Assembly (NCBI GenBank): GCA_038087875.1
Contig: CM075990.1
Coordinates: 806,001 to 870,000, forward strand
Direction of reading: 5' to 3'
DNA: 64,000 bases
Origin: Malacoraja senta
Lineage: Eukaryota
The notes beneath the pieces are model-generated. The model had not been told where the DNA came from, ran no database searches, and was given only the letters and a program-made list of their open reading frames with translations. Position 1 is the stretch's first letter, and the number at the start of each line of letters is the position of its first letter. Below are positions 35,990 to 49,057 of the stretch, in pieces. Made by a program: the position numbers and the translations under genes.

Positions 35990-37712
35990 TAAAAATAGGA
36001 AAGATGCAATCAGTATAATGGGTTTCTTGTATAGGCCCCTCAATAGACAATGGGAGATAGAGGAACTAATATGTAAATATATTGTGGAAAAATGAAGAAG
36101 CAATAGGGCAAATCAAACATTGATTTTGCTGATATTGACTGAAATTTTCATGGTGCCAAAGGATTAGATGGGTTAGAATTTGTTAGGTGTATCCAACAAA
36201 TTTCTTGAAACAATTTCTTGAAACAGTAAGTGGATAGTCCAACTCAAGAAGGGAGCATACTGGATCTTATTTTCGGAAATGGGCCTGGCCGGGTGACTGA
36301 TAGTACAGTGGAAGAGCATTTTGAGGATAGTGATTGAAGCTCTATAAGTTTTAAGATTGTTTTGAATAGTAGAAGACTGGACTTTGTGAGTGTTCCGGCA
36401 ATCAGCATGCCGGGAATATCCCGGCAAGCAGGTCTGGCTCACAGAGAGAATCCAGGGAATTATAAGCCAGTGAGCCTCACATCAGTGGTAGGGAAAGTAT
36501 TCGAGAGATATTTTTGAGATAGGATTTCATCATATTTGGAAAAGAATGGTCTAATTCGGGATAGTACGGCTTTGTACATAACAGGTTGTGTCTTACGAAC
36601 TTGAGTTTTTTGAGCAGGTGAGGAAGGAGATTAATGAAGGTAGGGCTGTGGATGTTGTATACATGGAAGATTGACACAAAACGTTGGAGTAACTCAGCGG
36701 GTCAGGCAGTATCTCTGGTGGAAAGGAATAGGTGACATTTCAGGTCATGGTAGGCACATATAAGTGCAGGGAATAGAGGAACATGAATCATGTACAGGAA
36801 GATCAGATCAGTTTTACATGGCATCATGTTTGGCACATGCATTGTCGGCCAAAGGGCCTGTTTCTGTGCTTTACTGGTCGATGTTCTATGTACCAAGTTA
36901 AAGAGGCTCCCGGGAATTATAGGCCAGTGAATTTCACATCAGTGATAGGGAAACTATTATTTGGGGTAGAATTTGCTCCTATTTGGATGAGAATCGGGAA
37001 GGCCACCATGGGTTTGTATATGGTGACGTTTCAGTTCGAGACCCTATTTTAGACAGAAGATAGAGAATGTGTGCTTGGAGTCAGAGGATGTAGGTGAGGT
37101 ACTAAACAAACTTTGCATCAGTATTCACAAATGAGAAGAATCTGGAGGTCAGTGGGATCAGTGTGCAGAATATTGACATGCAAGAGCAGTTTGAAATCAA
37201 GAAGGAGGTTGTGTAATGCTCGAGGGCATTAAGATGGGTAAATCCCCATGGCTTGATGGGCTCTATCCCGGGTTATTAAGAGAAGCAACTGAGGATTTGT
37301 CAGAGGCCTAGACCAAGATCTTTGTAATGTTTTTAGCCACAGGCAAGGTCGTGGAGGGCTGGAGAATAACCAATGTTGTTTCCTTTGTTAATGAGGAAAA
37401 GTAAAGATATTCCAGAGAAGTATAGGCCAGTGGAAATGTAAAAGAATAGAAGGCTTAGCTTTGATATGGGAGAGGAAATTGAAAGGAGATGTGCGGGGAA
37501 CGTTTTTTTACACAGGAGGTAAGGAGTGCCTGGAACACGTAGCCAGGAGTGGTGGTGGAGGTAGATATACAGTAGCGTTTATGAAGCTTTTAGATAAGCA
37601 CATGAATTTGTATGGAATGGAGGATATGTATCAACAAATTAAATTAGTTTGCCGGTATCATTTTTGCCACAGATATTGTGTGCCGATGGGCTTGTTCTTG
37701 TGCTGTACTTTT
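35990..37712 (+). mobile_element. Jumble of old CR1 fragments with small pLTR pieces (36670-36746, 37022-37055)
   Basis: Repeated PGNYRPV-type coding and CR1 3' ends. Confidence 0.65.
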
Positions 37713-38345
37713 CTTTTTTTTAATATTTTATTTATAAGAAGTAATGTACATTACAGTGATATAAGCTAAAAAATAACATAATACATATCCTGTACCACTT
37801 GTTGTTTTAAACTTTAAAAAGAAGAAAAATAGAGAAAGTTAGATAAGATAGTAAGGGCGTGAAAGAGTGATCAGGAGAAACCCGTAGAAACGTAAACCAT
37901 GAGAAAGAGTTAAAAAGAAAACCAAAGAAAAAGAAAGAGAAAAATAGAGAACAGAAGATATAAGAATAAAATAAGATAAAAGGGATGTACCTACTGCGTA
38001 TCTTTACACATCCCTCACCAGGTCCTGAAACCAGTTATTTTCAAAGTTATGTTGCACCCTAGGCTTGTAATAAGTCGATAAACGGAGACAAAATCTTTTG
38101 GAAATGGTCTGATTTGCCTGCTAGGAGGAATCTCATGTCTTCCAGGTGTAACATTTCGGACATATTTGAAATCCACACTTTTATCGTTGGTGTGGGAGCA
38201 TTTTTCCAGAATTTAAGTATATGTTTTTTTGCCATTATTAAGCCGTAATTAAGGAAGCTCTTTTGGAACGAAGCTCAAAGCTGGCTTCCATTGTTCCGAA
38301 AATAATCAATTCTGCGTTCGGTTTCAGTTTTATTTTAAATAGTTT
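37713..38345 (-). mobile_element. L1/Tx1-clade LINE 3' fragment
   Basis: Close copy of 9202-9807; 12-bp TSD tgctgtactttt (37701-37712, 38346-38357); T-tract next to the left TSD. Confidence 0.8.
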
Positions 38346-38499
38346 TGCTGTACTTTTACATGTTCTATGTTGTATGAATGGTTCAGTATTGGGCCTGAAT
38401 GAAAAAGCTATTGAAGGAGCCTAGATATGGAGGACTTTCAGTTAATTTGTGCCCTCACATCCTTAAACTTACCCACCAGTAGGGATCAGTGGAAAGTTC

Positions 38500-38692
38500 T
38501 TAAGAGTTTAAGAAGGAACTGCAGATGCTGGAACATCGAAGGTGGACAAAAGTGCTGGAGAAACTCAGCGGGTGCAGCAGCATCTATGGAGCGAAGGAAA
38601 TAGGCAACGTTTCGGGCCGAAACATTGCCTATTTCCTTTGCTCCATAGATGCTGCTGCACCCGCTGAGTTTCTCCAGCACTTTTGTCTACCT
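38500..38692. mobile_element. Fold-back (palindromic) Penelope pLTR insertion
   Basis: About 75-bp inverted arms centred on gtttcgggccgaaac (about 38616); 14-bp TSD tcagtggaaagttc (38486-38499, 38693-38706). Confidence 0.9.
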
Positions 38693-38878
38693 TCAGTGGA
38701 AAGTTCCCCTGCTTCATACTGCATACTCCAAGCTGCTGGCTTGTGCAGAGTTTTAAATATATTGTGGTGTGTTTCAGCATGGAAACAGGCCCTTCAGCCC
38801 ACTGAGTCCACGCCGACCATCGATCATGTGCTCACACTCGTTCTTATGGTGGCACAGACTTGCTGCCTTACAGCACCA

Positions 38879-40252
38879 ATGCCTCAATAACTATCGACCA
38901 GTGGCACTAATGTCTGTGATGATGAAGTGCTTTGAGAGATTGATCATGGCGCAAATCAACTCCTACCTCGATAAAAACCTGGACCCACTGCAGTTTGCAT
39001 ACCGCCACAACAGATCAACGGTGGATGCGAACTCGCTGGCTCTCAACTCCGCTCTGGACCACTTGGACAACAAAAACTCATATGTCAGGCTGTTATTCAT
39101 TGATTACAGCTCGGCATTTAATACAATCTTCCCCTCCAAGCTGGTTACCAAACTCGCAGAACTGGGTCTCTGCGCATCCCTCTGCAATTAGATCCTCGAC
39201 TTCCTCATTCACAGACCACAGTCTGTTCGTATTGGTGGAAATGTGTCAGCCTCGATAACAATCAGCACGGGAGGACCTCAAGGCTGCGTGCTCAGCCCCC
39301 TGCTGTACTCACTCTATACTCATGACTGCGTGGCTGGTCATAGTACAAACTCCATCATCAAGTTCACTGACGACACCAATGTTGTGGGGCATATCACTGA
39401 TGGGAATGAGTCAGAGTATCGAAGAGAGATTGAGCGACTGTCCATATGGTGCCAGCACAATAACCTGGCCCTCAACACTAGCAAAACCAAGGAACTGATT
39501 GTGGACTTTGGAAGGAGTAGGATGGAGACCCAGAGTCCCGTTTATATCAACGGGTCGATGGTTGAAAGGGTCAAGACCTTCAAATTCCTGGGCGTGCATA
39601 TCTCTGAAGATCTTTCCTGGTCCGAGAACACTGATGCAATTATTAAGAAAGCACATCAGCGCCTCTACTTCCTGAGAAGATTACGGAGAGTCGGTTTGTC
39701 AAGGACGACTCTCTCTAACTTCTACATGTGCACAGTAGAGAGCATCGTGGCTTGGTTTGGCAACTTCAGCGCCCTGGAGCGGAAAAGACTACAAAAATTA
39801 GTAAACACTGCCCAGTCCATCATCGGCTCTGACCTCCCCTCCATCGAGGGGATCTATCGCAGTCGCTGCCTCAAAAAGGCGCAGTATCATCAAGGACCCA
39901 CACCATCCTGGCCACACGCTCATCTCCCCGCTACCTTCAGGTAGAAGGTACAGGAGCCTGAAGACTGCAACGACCAGATTCAGGAATAGCTACTTCCCCA
40001 CAGCCATCAGGCTATTAAACTTGGCTCGGACAAAACTCTGAACATTAATAGCCCATTATCTGTTTATTTGCACTTTATCAGTTTATTTATTCATGTGTGT
40101 ATATATTTATATAATGGTATATGGACACACTGATCTGTTCTGTAGTCATGCCTACTATGTTCTGTTGTGCTGAAGCAAAGCAAGAATTTCATTGTCCTAT
40201 CAGGGACACATGACAACAAACTCTCTTGAATCTCTTGAATCTTGAATCTTGA
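38879..40252 (+). mobile_element. Rex1/Babar LINE, 5'-truncated
   Basis: [51 protein letters not shown]; tail (cttgaat)n. Confidence 0.92.
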
Positions 40253-40269
40253 AGTAATAGTAATTACAT

Positions 40270-40595
40270 GGGCGGCATGGTGGCGCAGCGGTAGAGTTGC
40301 TGCCTTACAAAGCTTATAGCACCAGAGACCCGGGTTCGATCCTGACTACGGGTGCTGTCTGTATGAAGTTTGTACGTTCTCCCGGTGACCGCATGGGTTT
40401 TCTTCGAGATCTTTGGTTTCCTCCCACACTCCAAAGAGGTACAGGTTTGTCGGTTGATTGGCTTTGTATTAATGTGAATTGTCCCTAGTGTGTGTAGGAT
40501 AGTGTTAATGAGCGGGGATCGCTGGTCAGTACGGCTTCGGTGGGCCGAAGGGCCTGTTTCCGCGCTATATGTCTAAAATAAACTAAACTAAACTA
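40270..40595 (+). mobile_element. tRNA-derived SINE (HE1-like), full length
   Basis: A and B boxes; (aaact)n tail. Confidence 0.9.
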
Positions 40596-40904
40596 ATGGT
40601 TAAAGTATTGTGATCTGGGAGAAAATATTTAAGAATAGGAAGTACAGGTTGACTATGAGGTAAGCAATAGTTTTTAATCTTTAGATGTAAAGAATGGAAT
40701 CTGGACCAGAGCTCTCAATGAAATGTTTTGTGTTCCTGGTTCTTTTTCTCTGCATGAGGGTAACCGAATCAAGGTAAAGAGAAAGGGATAATACGTGGTG
40801 TGAATACCTCTGACTGAAAATACCGTTGGGTCAATTATGTTGGTGTGGGCTTAGCATAATGAATTGCCAATGGAGACTCGCAAAAATAACAAGTTATTTG
40901 GGGA

Positions 40905-40996
40905 TAGACACAAAAAGCTGGAGTAAATCGGCGAATCAGGCAGCAATTCTGGAGAGAAGGAATGGGCGACATTTCGGGGCGACCCTTCTTCAGACA
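40905..40996 (-). mobile_element. Solo Penelope pLTR fragment
   Basis: agacacaaaaagctggagta..catttcggggcgacccttcttcagac. Confidence 0.7.
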
Positions 40997-41412
40997 TTTG
41001 GGGCCCTGTTTGTGACTGGGTTCATGAGCTGAGGTAATAGCAATTCCTGATGCAATTATCAATTGCTGAATTAGGCTATTTAGGTTTGTGCACAAGGACT
41101 AAAAACCAGGCAGTTAATTGAGCAGTCTTTGAGGTGGATTTTCTATGCTGACATCGACCTGAGAAGATAAAATCAGGTAGAATTCTCAGATGCTCACTGA
41201 CTTTAAGTCCTCTCAGTGTTGTTGCTTGCCTGATTAATTTATCCAATTATTATACTGTTTAGGTTACAGTTCTTTGCAATCTATTAAAACTTGGATAGGC
41301 TCTGATCTTTGGGAAAAGCTATAATCTTGCACATAGCAAAGACCAGGTCAGTTTGTTGTGACCATATCTGGTGTTCTGCCTGAGACATTGTTGAAAGACA
41401 GACTTGCCTTAG

Positions 41413-41975
41413 AAGGGCTGTCCCACTTGGGAGACCTAATTGGCGAGTTTAGAAGAGTTTGAAAAAATGACATGTTGAAGACCTCCTTCCACTATGTAGA
41501 AGACTTCCTTCGACCTCCTTCAACTATGTTGAAAACCTGCTACGACTAGCTCCGACTAGCTCCGACTAACTTCAGGAAAATTGGACACTGAATAGTGGAG
41601 AGTGAAGACAAGCTCCTTCGATCTCCTTCGACCTCCCTTCGACTATGATGAAGACTATCTATGACTACCTTCGACTACCCTCGATTACCTATGGCTAACA
41701 TGCCGACCTACTACGACCTACTACGACTAAACCTACGAGTAGAAAAGTATTGATTTTTTCCACGGTGACCATTTTTTACTCACAAGCTTTTTTAACATAT
41801 TGGAAAAAAAAATGCCGCAACCTAGCTGAGGCCTCGAGTACGCGGAGACTACTCTCGAGCATGAGGGAGAGTTACGAAGACCTCCTACGACCTCGTGTCG
41901 ACCATGCTGCGAGTATGAGTCGAGGGCAAACTCGCCAGAACTCGTGGATTAGGTCGCCCAAGTGGGAGAGTCCCA
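41413..41975. mobile_element. Harbinger-type MITE, longer subfamily
   Basis: TIR aagggctgtcccacttgggagacctaat / attaggtcgcccaagtgggagagtccca; TAG on both flanks; internal cttcgacct/ctacgacct repeats. Confidence 0.75.
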
Positions 41976-42109
41976 TAGATTTATCTTGGTTGATCCTGAA
42001 GTTGTGGGAGAAATGGAGTAGGGTGAGCTTATATTTGGAAATATAAAGATTCATCTTCTTAAAATGTATTACAATTATATGCTGGGTGAGAATGATGAAG
42101 TAGAAATCA

Positions 42110-42720
42110 GGTCATAAGGGATAGGAGCAGAATTAGGCCATTCGGACCATCAAGTCTACTCTGCCAATTTATCGTGGCTGATCTATCTCTGCCTCCTAAC
42201 TCCATTCTCCTGCCTTCTCCCCATAACCTCTGACACCTGTACTAATCAAGAATCTATCTATTTCTACCTTAAAAATATCCATTGACGACCTCCACAGCCT
42301 TCTGTGGAAAAGAATCCCACAGATTCACCACCCTCTGATTAAAGAAATTCCTCATCTCCTCTCTAAAGGGCCATCCTTTAATTCTGTGGCTATGACCTCT
42401 GGTCCGAGACTCTCCTACTAGTGGAAACATCCTCTCCACATTCACTTTATCCAAGCCTTTCACTATTCGGTAAGCTTCAATGAGGTCCCCTTACATCCTC
42501 CTAAACTCCAGCGGGTACAGGCCCAGTGCCGTCCTCTAACTGGAGAATATAGACAATAGACAATAGGTGCAGGAGTAGGCCATTCAGCCCTTCGAGCCAG
42601 CACTGCCATTCAATGTGATCTTAGCTGATCATCCACAATCAGTACTCCGTTCCTGCCTTCTCCCCATATCCGCTGACTCCGCTATCTTTAAGAGCTTTAT
42701 CAAGCTCTCTCTTGAAGGCA
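42110..42720 (-). mobile_element. Two CR1 3' fragments
   Basis: KGLDKVNVERMFPLVGESRTRGH; second tail agacaatagacaatagg at 42551. Confidence 0.8.
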
Positions 42721-43034
42721 GAGTTCCAGATTAAAGATTGGCTGCAGACATCTAAGAGAAAGAGAAGTGTCTTTAACATAGGCTAGTGAAACTTTGAAAC
42801 TCTATCTCAGAAGGGTTAGTAAGAACAGTCGTAAGGTATATTTATGGCTGAGAATTATGAACTATAGTAAATGCAGAATATCCAGCCCTTGACTTGCTCT
42901 TGATATTCTTTATTTTGTAACATAATGTTTCTTTTGGTGCAAAGGCCATCCCCAATTGCCCTTGACAAGCTGGTGGTCATCTGCCTTCATGATCAAGTGT
43001 GGATGAGGTAAAGGTCAGTAATAGGACCAATGAC

Positions 43035-43738
43035 AATCATAATCATAATCATAATCGTAATTTATTAACCAAGTATGTTTTGCAACATACGAGGAATTTG
43101 GTTTGCCATACAGGAAAACCAAAAAAGCAACAAGACATAAAACTACATAAAAATTTGACATAAGCACCGGCTTCTCCACATTCCCCACTGTGATGGAAGG
43201 CAATAAAACCTTATCTTCTTTCCTCCTTTCCTCCCGCAGTCAGGGGAGTCAAACCATCCACAACCGGCGATCGAGCTCCCATGTCGGGGCGGTCTGAGCT
43301 TCCGAGTCGGGGTGGTTGAAACTTCTGCGGCTTGGAGTTCCCGAAGTCGGTCGCTAATTAGGGACCGTGAGCTCCACGATGTTAAAGTCCGCAGCTCCCG
43401 CAGGTTGGAGAACCAAGCGCTGACCCCTGGCAAAGTGATCGCCTGCTCCGAGTTGTTAAAGTCCGCAAGCTCCACGGTTTTGGAGCTCTAGAAGTCCCAA
43501 ACAAGAGGCCACCAGCTCCACAATTTTAGGCCGCAGTGCGGACGGAAGTACGACACGGAAAAAGTTGCATCTCCGTCGAGGAAAGAGATAAGAAAAGTTT
43601 CTCCCATCAATCCCCCCCACATAATACAAAACTAAAGATAAACTAAAAACATACATTTTACAACAAACTAAAAACACAAAGAAGGAAAAAGTTGAAGACA
43701 GACTGTTGGCGAGGCAGCCATCGTGCGGCGCCACCTGG
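43035..43738 (-). mobile_element. GC-rich non-autonomous retroposon, copy 2
   Basis: Core gccttccatcacagtg (43186-43201, minus strand); 3' end caaattcctcgtatg..catacttggttaataaa plus (gattat)n. Confidence 0.7.
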
Positions 43739-43819
43739 TGGTATGAAGGAACGGACATAAATTTCCAAACCGGAGAGCAACTTGGGAGGTGGTGGAGTTA
43801 CCATGAACTTGGTGACAAA

Positions 43820-44017
43820 TGCTGAACTACTATCTACCTCTTTGGTGACCCTTGGACTATCCTTGATTGGACTTTACTGCCTTTACCTTGCACTAAACGT
43901 TATTCCCTTATTATGTATCTATACACTGTAAATGGCTTTATTGTAATTATGTATTGTCTTTCCACTGACTGGATAGCACACAACCTCGGTACATGTGGCA
44001 ATTAACTAAATTAAACT
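43820..44017 (+). mobile_element. Rex1-type LINE 3' UTR fragment
   Basis: Matches the reverse complement of 63865-63970; ends acatgtggcaattaactaaattaaact. Confidence 0.5.
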
Positions 44018-44195
44018 TATTTGCTGGTTCAGTTGAGCTTCTGGATATTGATGACTCTCAGAATGCTGATTGTGGAAAACTGGACATTGGTAATCCACTC
44101 AACGCCTCTCTGAGCAGTGAGGAAGGAACTGCAGATGCTGGTTTAAATCAAAAATAGACACAAAAACCTGGAGTAATTCAGTGGGTCAGGCAGTA

Positions 44196-47100
44196 TATAA
44201 AACAAATAAAAATAAGTTCACTAATATTATGACGATATGCAAGGAAGAATACTATAATGAAATATTAGATAAAAATAAAAACGACATTGAAAGTATATGG
44301 TGTTAAACAGTATTATTAGAAATGGATCTAGAAACTCCAGTTATCCTCAATATTTCATCGACAATGATAAGACCATAAATAATATGGATGATGAGGTTAG
44401 TGGTTTCAACAATTTTTTTGTAAGTGTGGGACCAAAATTGGCAGAAAAAATCAATGATTCAGAGAAACCCAAAGAGGGGACTGATGATGATTATGGAGAA
44501 AGAATTCCAAGCTCACTTTTTTTTTTAAAGCAGTAGAAGAAAGCAAAATCATGAATATTGTAAATAAATGTAAGAATATGACAAAATGTAAGAACATGAC
44601 AATAAACTCACTTGAACTTGAACTTGAATAAAACTTCTACGGACTGGAATGAAAATGACATGACAATAGTCAAGAAAGTCATTGATGGTATTGCAAAACC
44701 ACTAACGCACATCTGTAGCTTGTCGTTTCTAACTGGTAAATTCCCAAACGAAATGAAAATTGCAAAAGTTATACCTTTATATAAAACTGGGGATAGACAC
44801 CACTTCACAAATTATAGGCCTGTTTCCTTACTTTCCCAATTCTCCAAGATCCTGGAAAAACTCTTAATTGAAAGACTAGATTAATTCATTGAGAAGCACA
44901 AATTGCGAACTGATAGTCAGTATGGATTCAAATCAAACAGTTTTGATTTTTGATTTGATTTTGATTCAATTTATTGTCATTGCACTTTTCAGTGCAACGA
45001 AATGGTTTAGCCTGCAGTCATAACATAGAATAAATAACAAAAACACACACTCAACACAGTTTAACATCCACCACAGTGAGTCCACCAGGCACCTCCTCAC
45101 TGTGATGGAAGGCAAAAAGTCCCAAAGTCCATGTCTCTTCCCTCCTTGCTCTCCCTCTGCGCTGAGGCGATCCAGGCCTCCGATGTTGTGACCCCGCCGG
45201 GTGATGGTAAGTAAGTCCTGCGGCTGAATCCGAACGGGCCGGTTCAAACTCCGCGGCCCAGGGCGGTCGAAGCTGCCGAAGCTTCCGCCCTCCAGTCCAG
45301 CGGACGCAGCTGTTGTTGCGGGAGCTACGGAAAAACAGGTCACCTACCTGTGACCTGCGAGCTCCCGACGGTGTCGTCCACTGGCCCTCGCCGAGCCTCC
45401 GAGGCTCCGTAGTCGGGTCGGAAGTCGGGTCGCAACGCCACCACAGCCCCGAAGTCGGCCAGCTGGCAAGTCCCGGCTGGCTCTGCCTCCCGAGCCCCGA
45501 GGTCGGTCCCAGTTGGAGGCCGCCAGCTCCGCGATAGGCCTCAGCGCAGACGGAGATGGAGACGGGGGATACGGCAAGAAGGTCGCATCCCCCCGAAGGA
45601 AGAGCCAAAAAAATGCTTCTCCCACCCCCCCACACATACACAACTAAAATAAACCAAAACAAACCGCAACAATGGGACAAAAGAAAACAAAAAAAGAAAA
45701 GACAAACGGACTGCAGGCGAGCCGCAGCTGCAAGGCAGCGCCACCACTTCCTTCCAGTATGGCACTAATCGAATTAAAAGAAGAAATGACTAATTGTATA
45801 GACTTGTATGCAGTGGGAGTATTTATAGATCTAAAAAAAGCTTTTGATACCAATGATCACAATGTATTACTTGATAAACTGGAAAGGTATGGTATCGGGG
45901 GGGGGGGGGGGATGTTGAATTGGTTGAGAGGCTATTTAAGTAACAGGCAACAGTTTGTGAAGATAGGTGGGCATAAATCAACATGCTTGGATATTACTTG
46001 TGGAGTACCTCAGGGGTCAGTATTGGGACCAAAATTGTTCATTCTGCATATAAATGATATCTGTAGAGTATCAAAAATAATGAAATTTGTTTTATTTGCA
46101 GATGATACTAATATCTTTTCTTCAGGTGAGAATTTACAGCAGCTTTTGGAGGAGATCACGTCGGAAATGAGAAAATTAGAAAGGTGGTTTGACATAAACA
46201 AATTATCATTAAATTTGAACATAACAAAAATTATGTTGTTTGGAAATTGTAAAATAAACACTAAGATACAAGTGAGGATAGATGGTGTTGATATAGAAAG
46301 AGTATATGAAAATAGATTTCTAGGTGTGATATTAAACCACAAAATCTGCAGCAAACCTCATATAAAACATGTGCGAGCAAAGCTGGCAAGGAGCATTGCA
46401 GTCCTGGGAAGAACAAGGCACATTCTGAACCACAAATGTACTGCCATATCTAAATTACTGTGTGGAGGTATGGGGTAACACTTACACAAGCATCCTACAT
46501 CCATTATGCATATTGCAAAAAAAGGCCATAAGGATAGTTAATAATGTAGGATATCGTGAACAAACTAAACTTTGTTTTTAAAGTCAAATGCCTTGAAGTT
46601 TATGGATCTAGTAAAATTTAATACAACACAAATAATGTATGTAGCAAGAAATAATTTACTATCAGGTAATAAACAAAAAATGTTCTTTAACAGGGAGGGT
46701 GATTATAATTTGAGAGGAAAGTTTAATTTAAAGAAACTTTGTGTTCGTACAACTATGAAGAGTATGTGTATTTCAATCTGTGGGGTGAAATTGTGGAATG
46801 ATTTGGATATGGAACTCAAGCGAAGCACAAACATTACTCAGTTTAAAATATTTTCCAGTGGTATAAGAATGAGGAAGCGCTGTGATGACAGTAACGTTTT
46901 AGCTTATTCACACAGTATGATGTTCGCATTGTACATAGAATTTGGATAATTGTTTATATACGGTATATATATATATATATATATGTTTGTGTGCGTGCAT
47001 ATGCATGTATGTAGCTTATGTCTGCATATATGAATGTATGTATGTATGTTATATGTAATATGTAATATGTGAATATGTGATTTTGTTCCATTCAGTTTTG

Positions 47101-47490
47101 TAGTTTTTTTGCACAATTCGCAAGCTTTTCATTTCACTGCACATCTCGTATGTGTATGTGATGAATAAACTTGACTTGACTTGTATATGTTTGTGTCTGT
47201 GTGTGTATATATATGTATATATATATATATAGATGAGATAAAGTTTGTGAGTTAATTGATGTGTAACGGAGAAGGGGTAGGAATAAATAAGTGTATACTT
47301 CCTAATCCTTCTCGAACATGTAAGATTTAATTTGCAATGTTTATGAGATGTTATTCAATGAGTTGTGTATACGTTTTATTGTTCATTTCATTTTATTGTT
47401 ATTTTGCTTTGTTTTAACTTTTTTTGGTTTGCATGTTCGAAATAAAATATATACTACTAAAATATATACTACTACTAAATATACACTACT
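44196..47490 (+). mobile_element. L2-clade (Crack/Daphne-like) LINE, AT-rich, 5'-truncated
   Basis: [84 protein letters not shown]; 3' gttcgaaataaa plus short repeats. Confidence 0.85.
44941..45745 (-). mobile_element. GC-rich non-autonomous retroposon, copy 3, nested in the L2-clade RT
   Basis: Splits QYGFKSN from MALIEL; core at 45098-45113; tail atgacaataaa plus (aaatc)n. Confidence 0.75.
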
Positions 47491-48894
47491 ATCTCTGGAG
47501 AAAGGGAATAGGTGACATTTTGGGTCGAGACCCTTCTTCAGATAGTCAGGGGAAAGGGAAACGAGATATGGATGGTTTTATAGAACAAATCAATGTGAGA
47601 TATGCACAAAAGTAATGATGATAAAGGGAACAGGCCTTGTTAGTGAAATATGGTAGGGCAGCTTACAACCCAGCGGTATGAATATTGATTTCTCTAACTT
47701 CAAGTAACCCTGGCATCCCCTCTCTCCATCCCTCCCCCACCCAACTCGTACTCGCTTCTCATTGTCTGTAACTCATTTTCACCTGGCCCTCAGCTAATAA
47801 TGGCCTGTTTCCTTTATCATCATTACTTTTTTGCATTTCTTTCATTCATTTGTTCTATATCAGTCTGAAGAAAGGTCTCGACCTGAAAGGTCACCTATTC
47901 CTTTTCTCCAGAGATGCTGCCTGACCCTGATGTTGCGTTACTTCAGTTTTTTGTGCCTCTCTTTCTGAGAAGAGTTGTTACCTAGAATTTATGGTAGCAC
48001 AAGTGTTGCTTCCAATTTAACAGCCGTGAGATATCGCCTATACATCGGCACGGACTTTACCATCTTAGCAATTACAAATGGAGTTAATATTGTGCTATCT
48101 TCAATAAATGTCTCCACCTCTTGTTTCAAGATGAAGGAAAGGTCACAGAGGAGGACACTTATGGTTAAAAGCACTGAATAAAACCAATTAATAAAACTCC
48201 AATAAATGGCAAAAAATGTTCCCCAACTAAAGTTTACCACAGATTAATTACAGTCTGCATTTGAAATAAATGTTTTAATTACTCTCATTATGAGAATTAA
48301 CTGCTTTAAACATTCTCATTATGGAAATAAATGAAATCATTAACTTTGGCATGTGATAATCGCCTTAATTCTTAAAAGCATAAAATTGTCCTGCACATAC
48401 ATTAGGTAAATGGTTTTCCACTTAACAGTGAAGTGTGTGCTTTCAACCTAATTTTCTGTGCTTCGTATGAGACAAATTAGATTTGTTTAAATTTATAGAA
48501 AGAATACTACTCCCAAAATATTAGAGGCTTAAATTTGATAGGAAAATTAAAGCTACATTATAATATCTCTTTGGCAGTCAAGAACATGAGGCATGACCAT
48601 AAAATTTAAGACAAGCCTTTCAGCAGGGCTGTCAGAAGGCATTACTTCGTATGAATGGTGATGGAAATCTCTCCTGCAACAAAAAACATGAGAATGAATT
48701 AATAGAAACTTCTGCAGCAGGACTGCTGAAGCAATCTGTTGTATAGCTCCATGAAATTTTGTACATTTCATAGTTCCAGTAATTATATTGCACTGCGATT
48801 TACATTGATAGTTCTTCGGTAGCGGACGTGAGGAACTAAAAAAAGATCTTTGATCAAATAAAATGGAAGGCCTACAGTAGTTCCATCCCAATAT

Positions 48895-49057
48895 ACCTCA
48901 TTTCTGTCTCTCGTTTCCCTTACCCCTGACTCTCAGTCTGAAGAAGTGTCTCGACCCGAAATGTCACCAATTCCTTCACTCCAGAGATGCTGCCTGTCCC
49001 GCTGAGTTACTCCAGCATTTTGTGTCTATCTTGTTTAAACCAGCATCTGCAGTTCCA
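48895..49057 (+). mobile_element. Solo Penelope pLTR
   Basis: ctgaagaagtgtctcgacccgaaatgtcacc..ccagcatctgcagttcc; final tcctacac resumes after the insert at about 49906. Confidence 0.8.

Larger units (their letters stand above)
44121..47955. mobile_element. Penelope remnant with inverted pLTRs, interrupted by an L2-clade LINE
   Basis: pLTR 44121-44195 continues at 47491 (atctctggag); GIY-YIG 3' end at 47655-47705; plus-strand pLTR at 47860-47955. Confidence 0.7.

Noticed and set aside
40270..40345. tRNA gene-like A/B boxes, here and in other copies
   Set aside because: No complete cloverleaf; the sequence continues into a SINE body and CR1-type tail
43690..43738. HDV-like ribozyme at the head of the GC-rich retroposon (ggc-tgcctc-gcc)
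   Set aside because: No P1 or P2 complementarity could be found and the motif is not kept in the other three copies
45051..45680. 209-aa ORF and other ORFs in the GC-rich elements
   Set aside because: Stop-poor because of high GC; not conserved between the four copies
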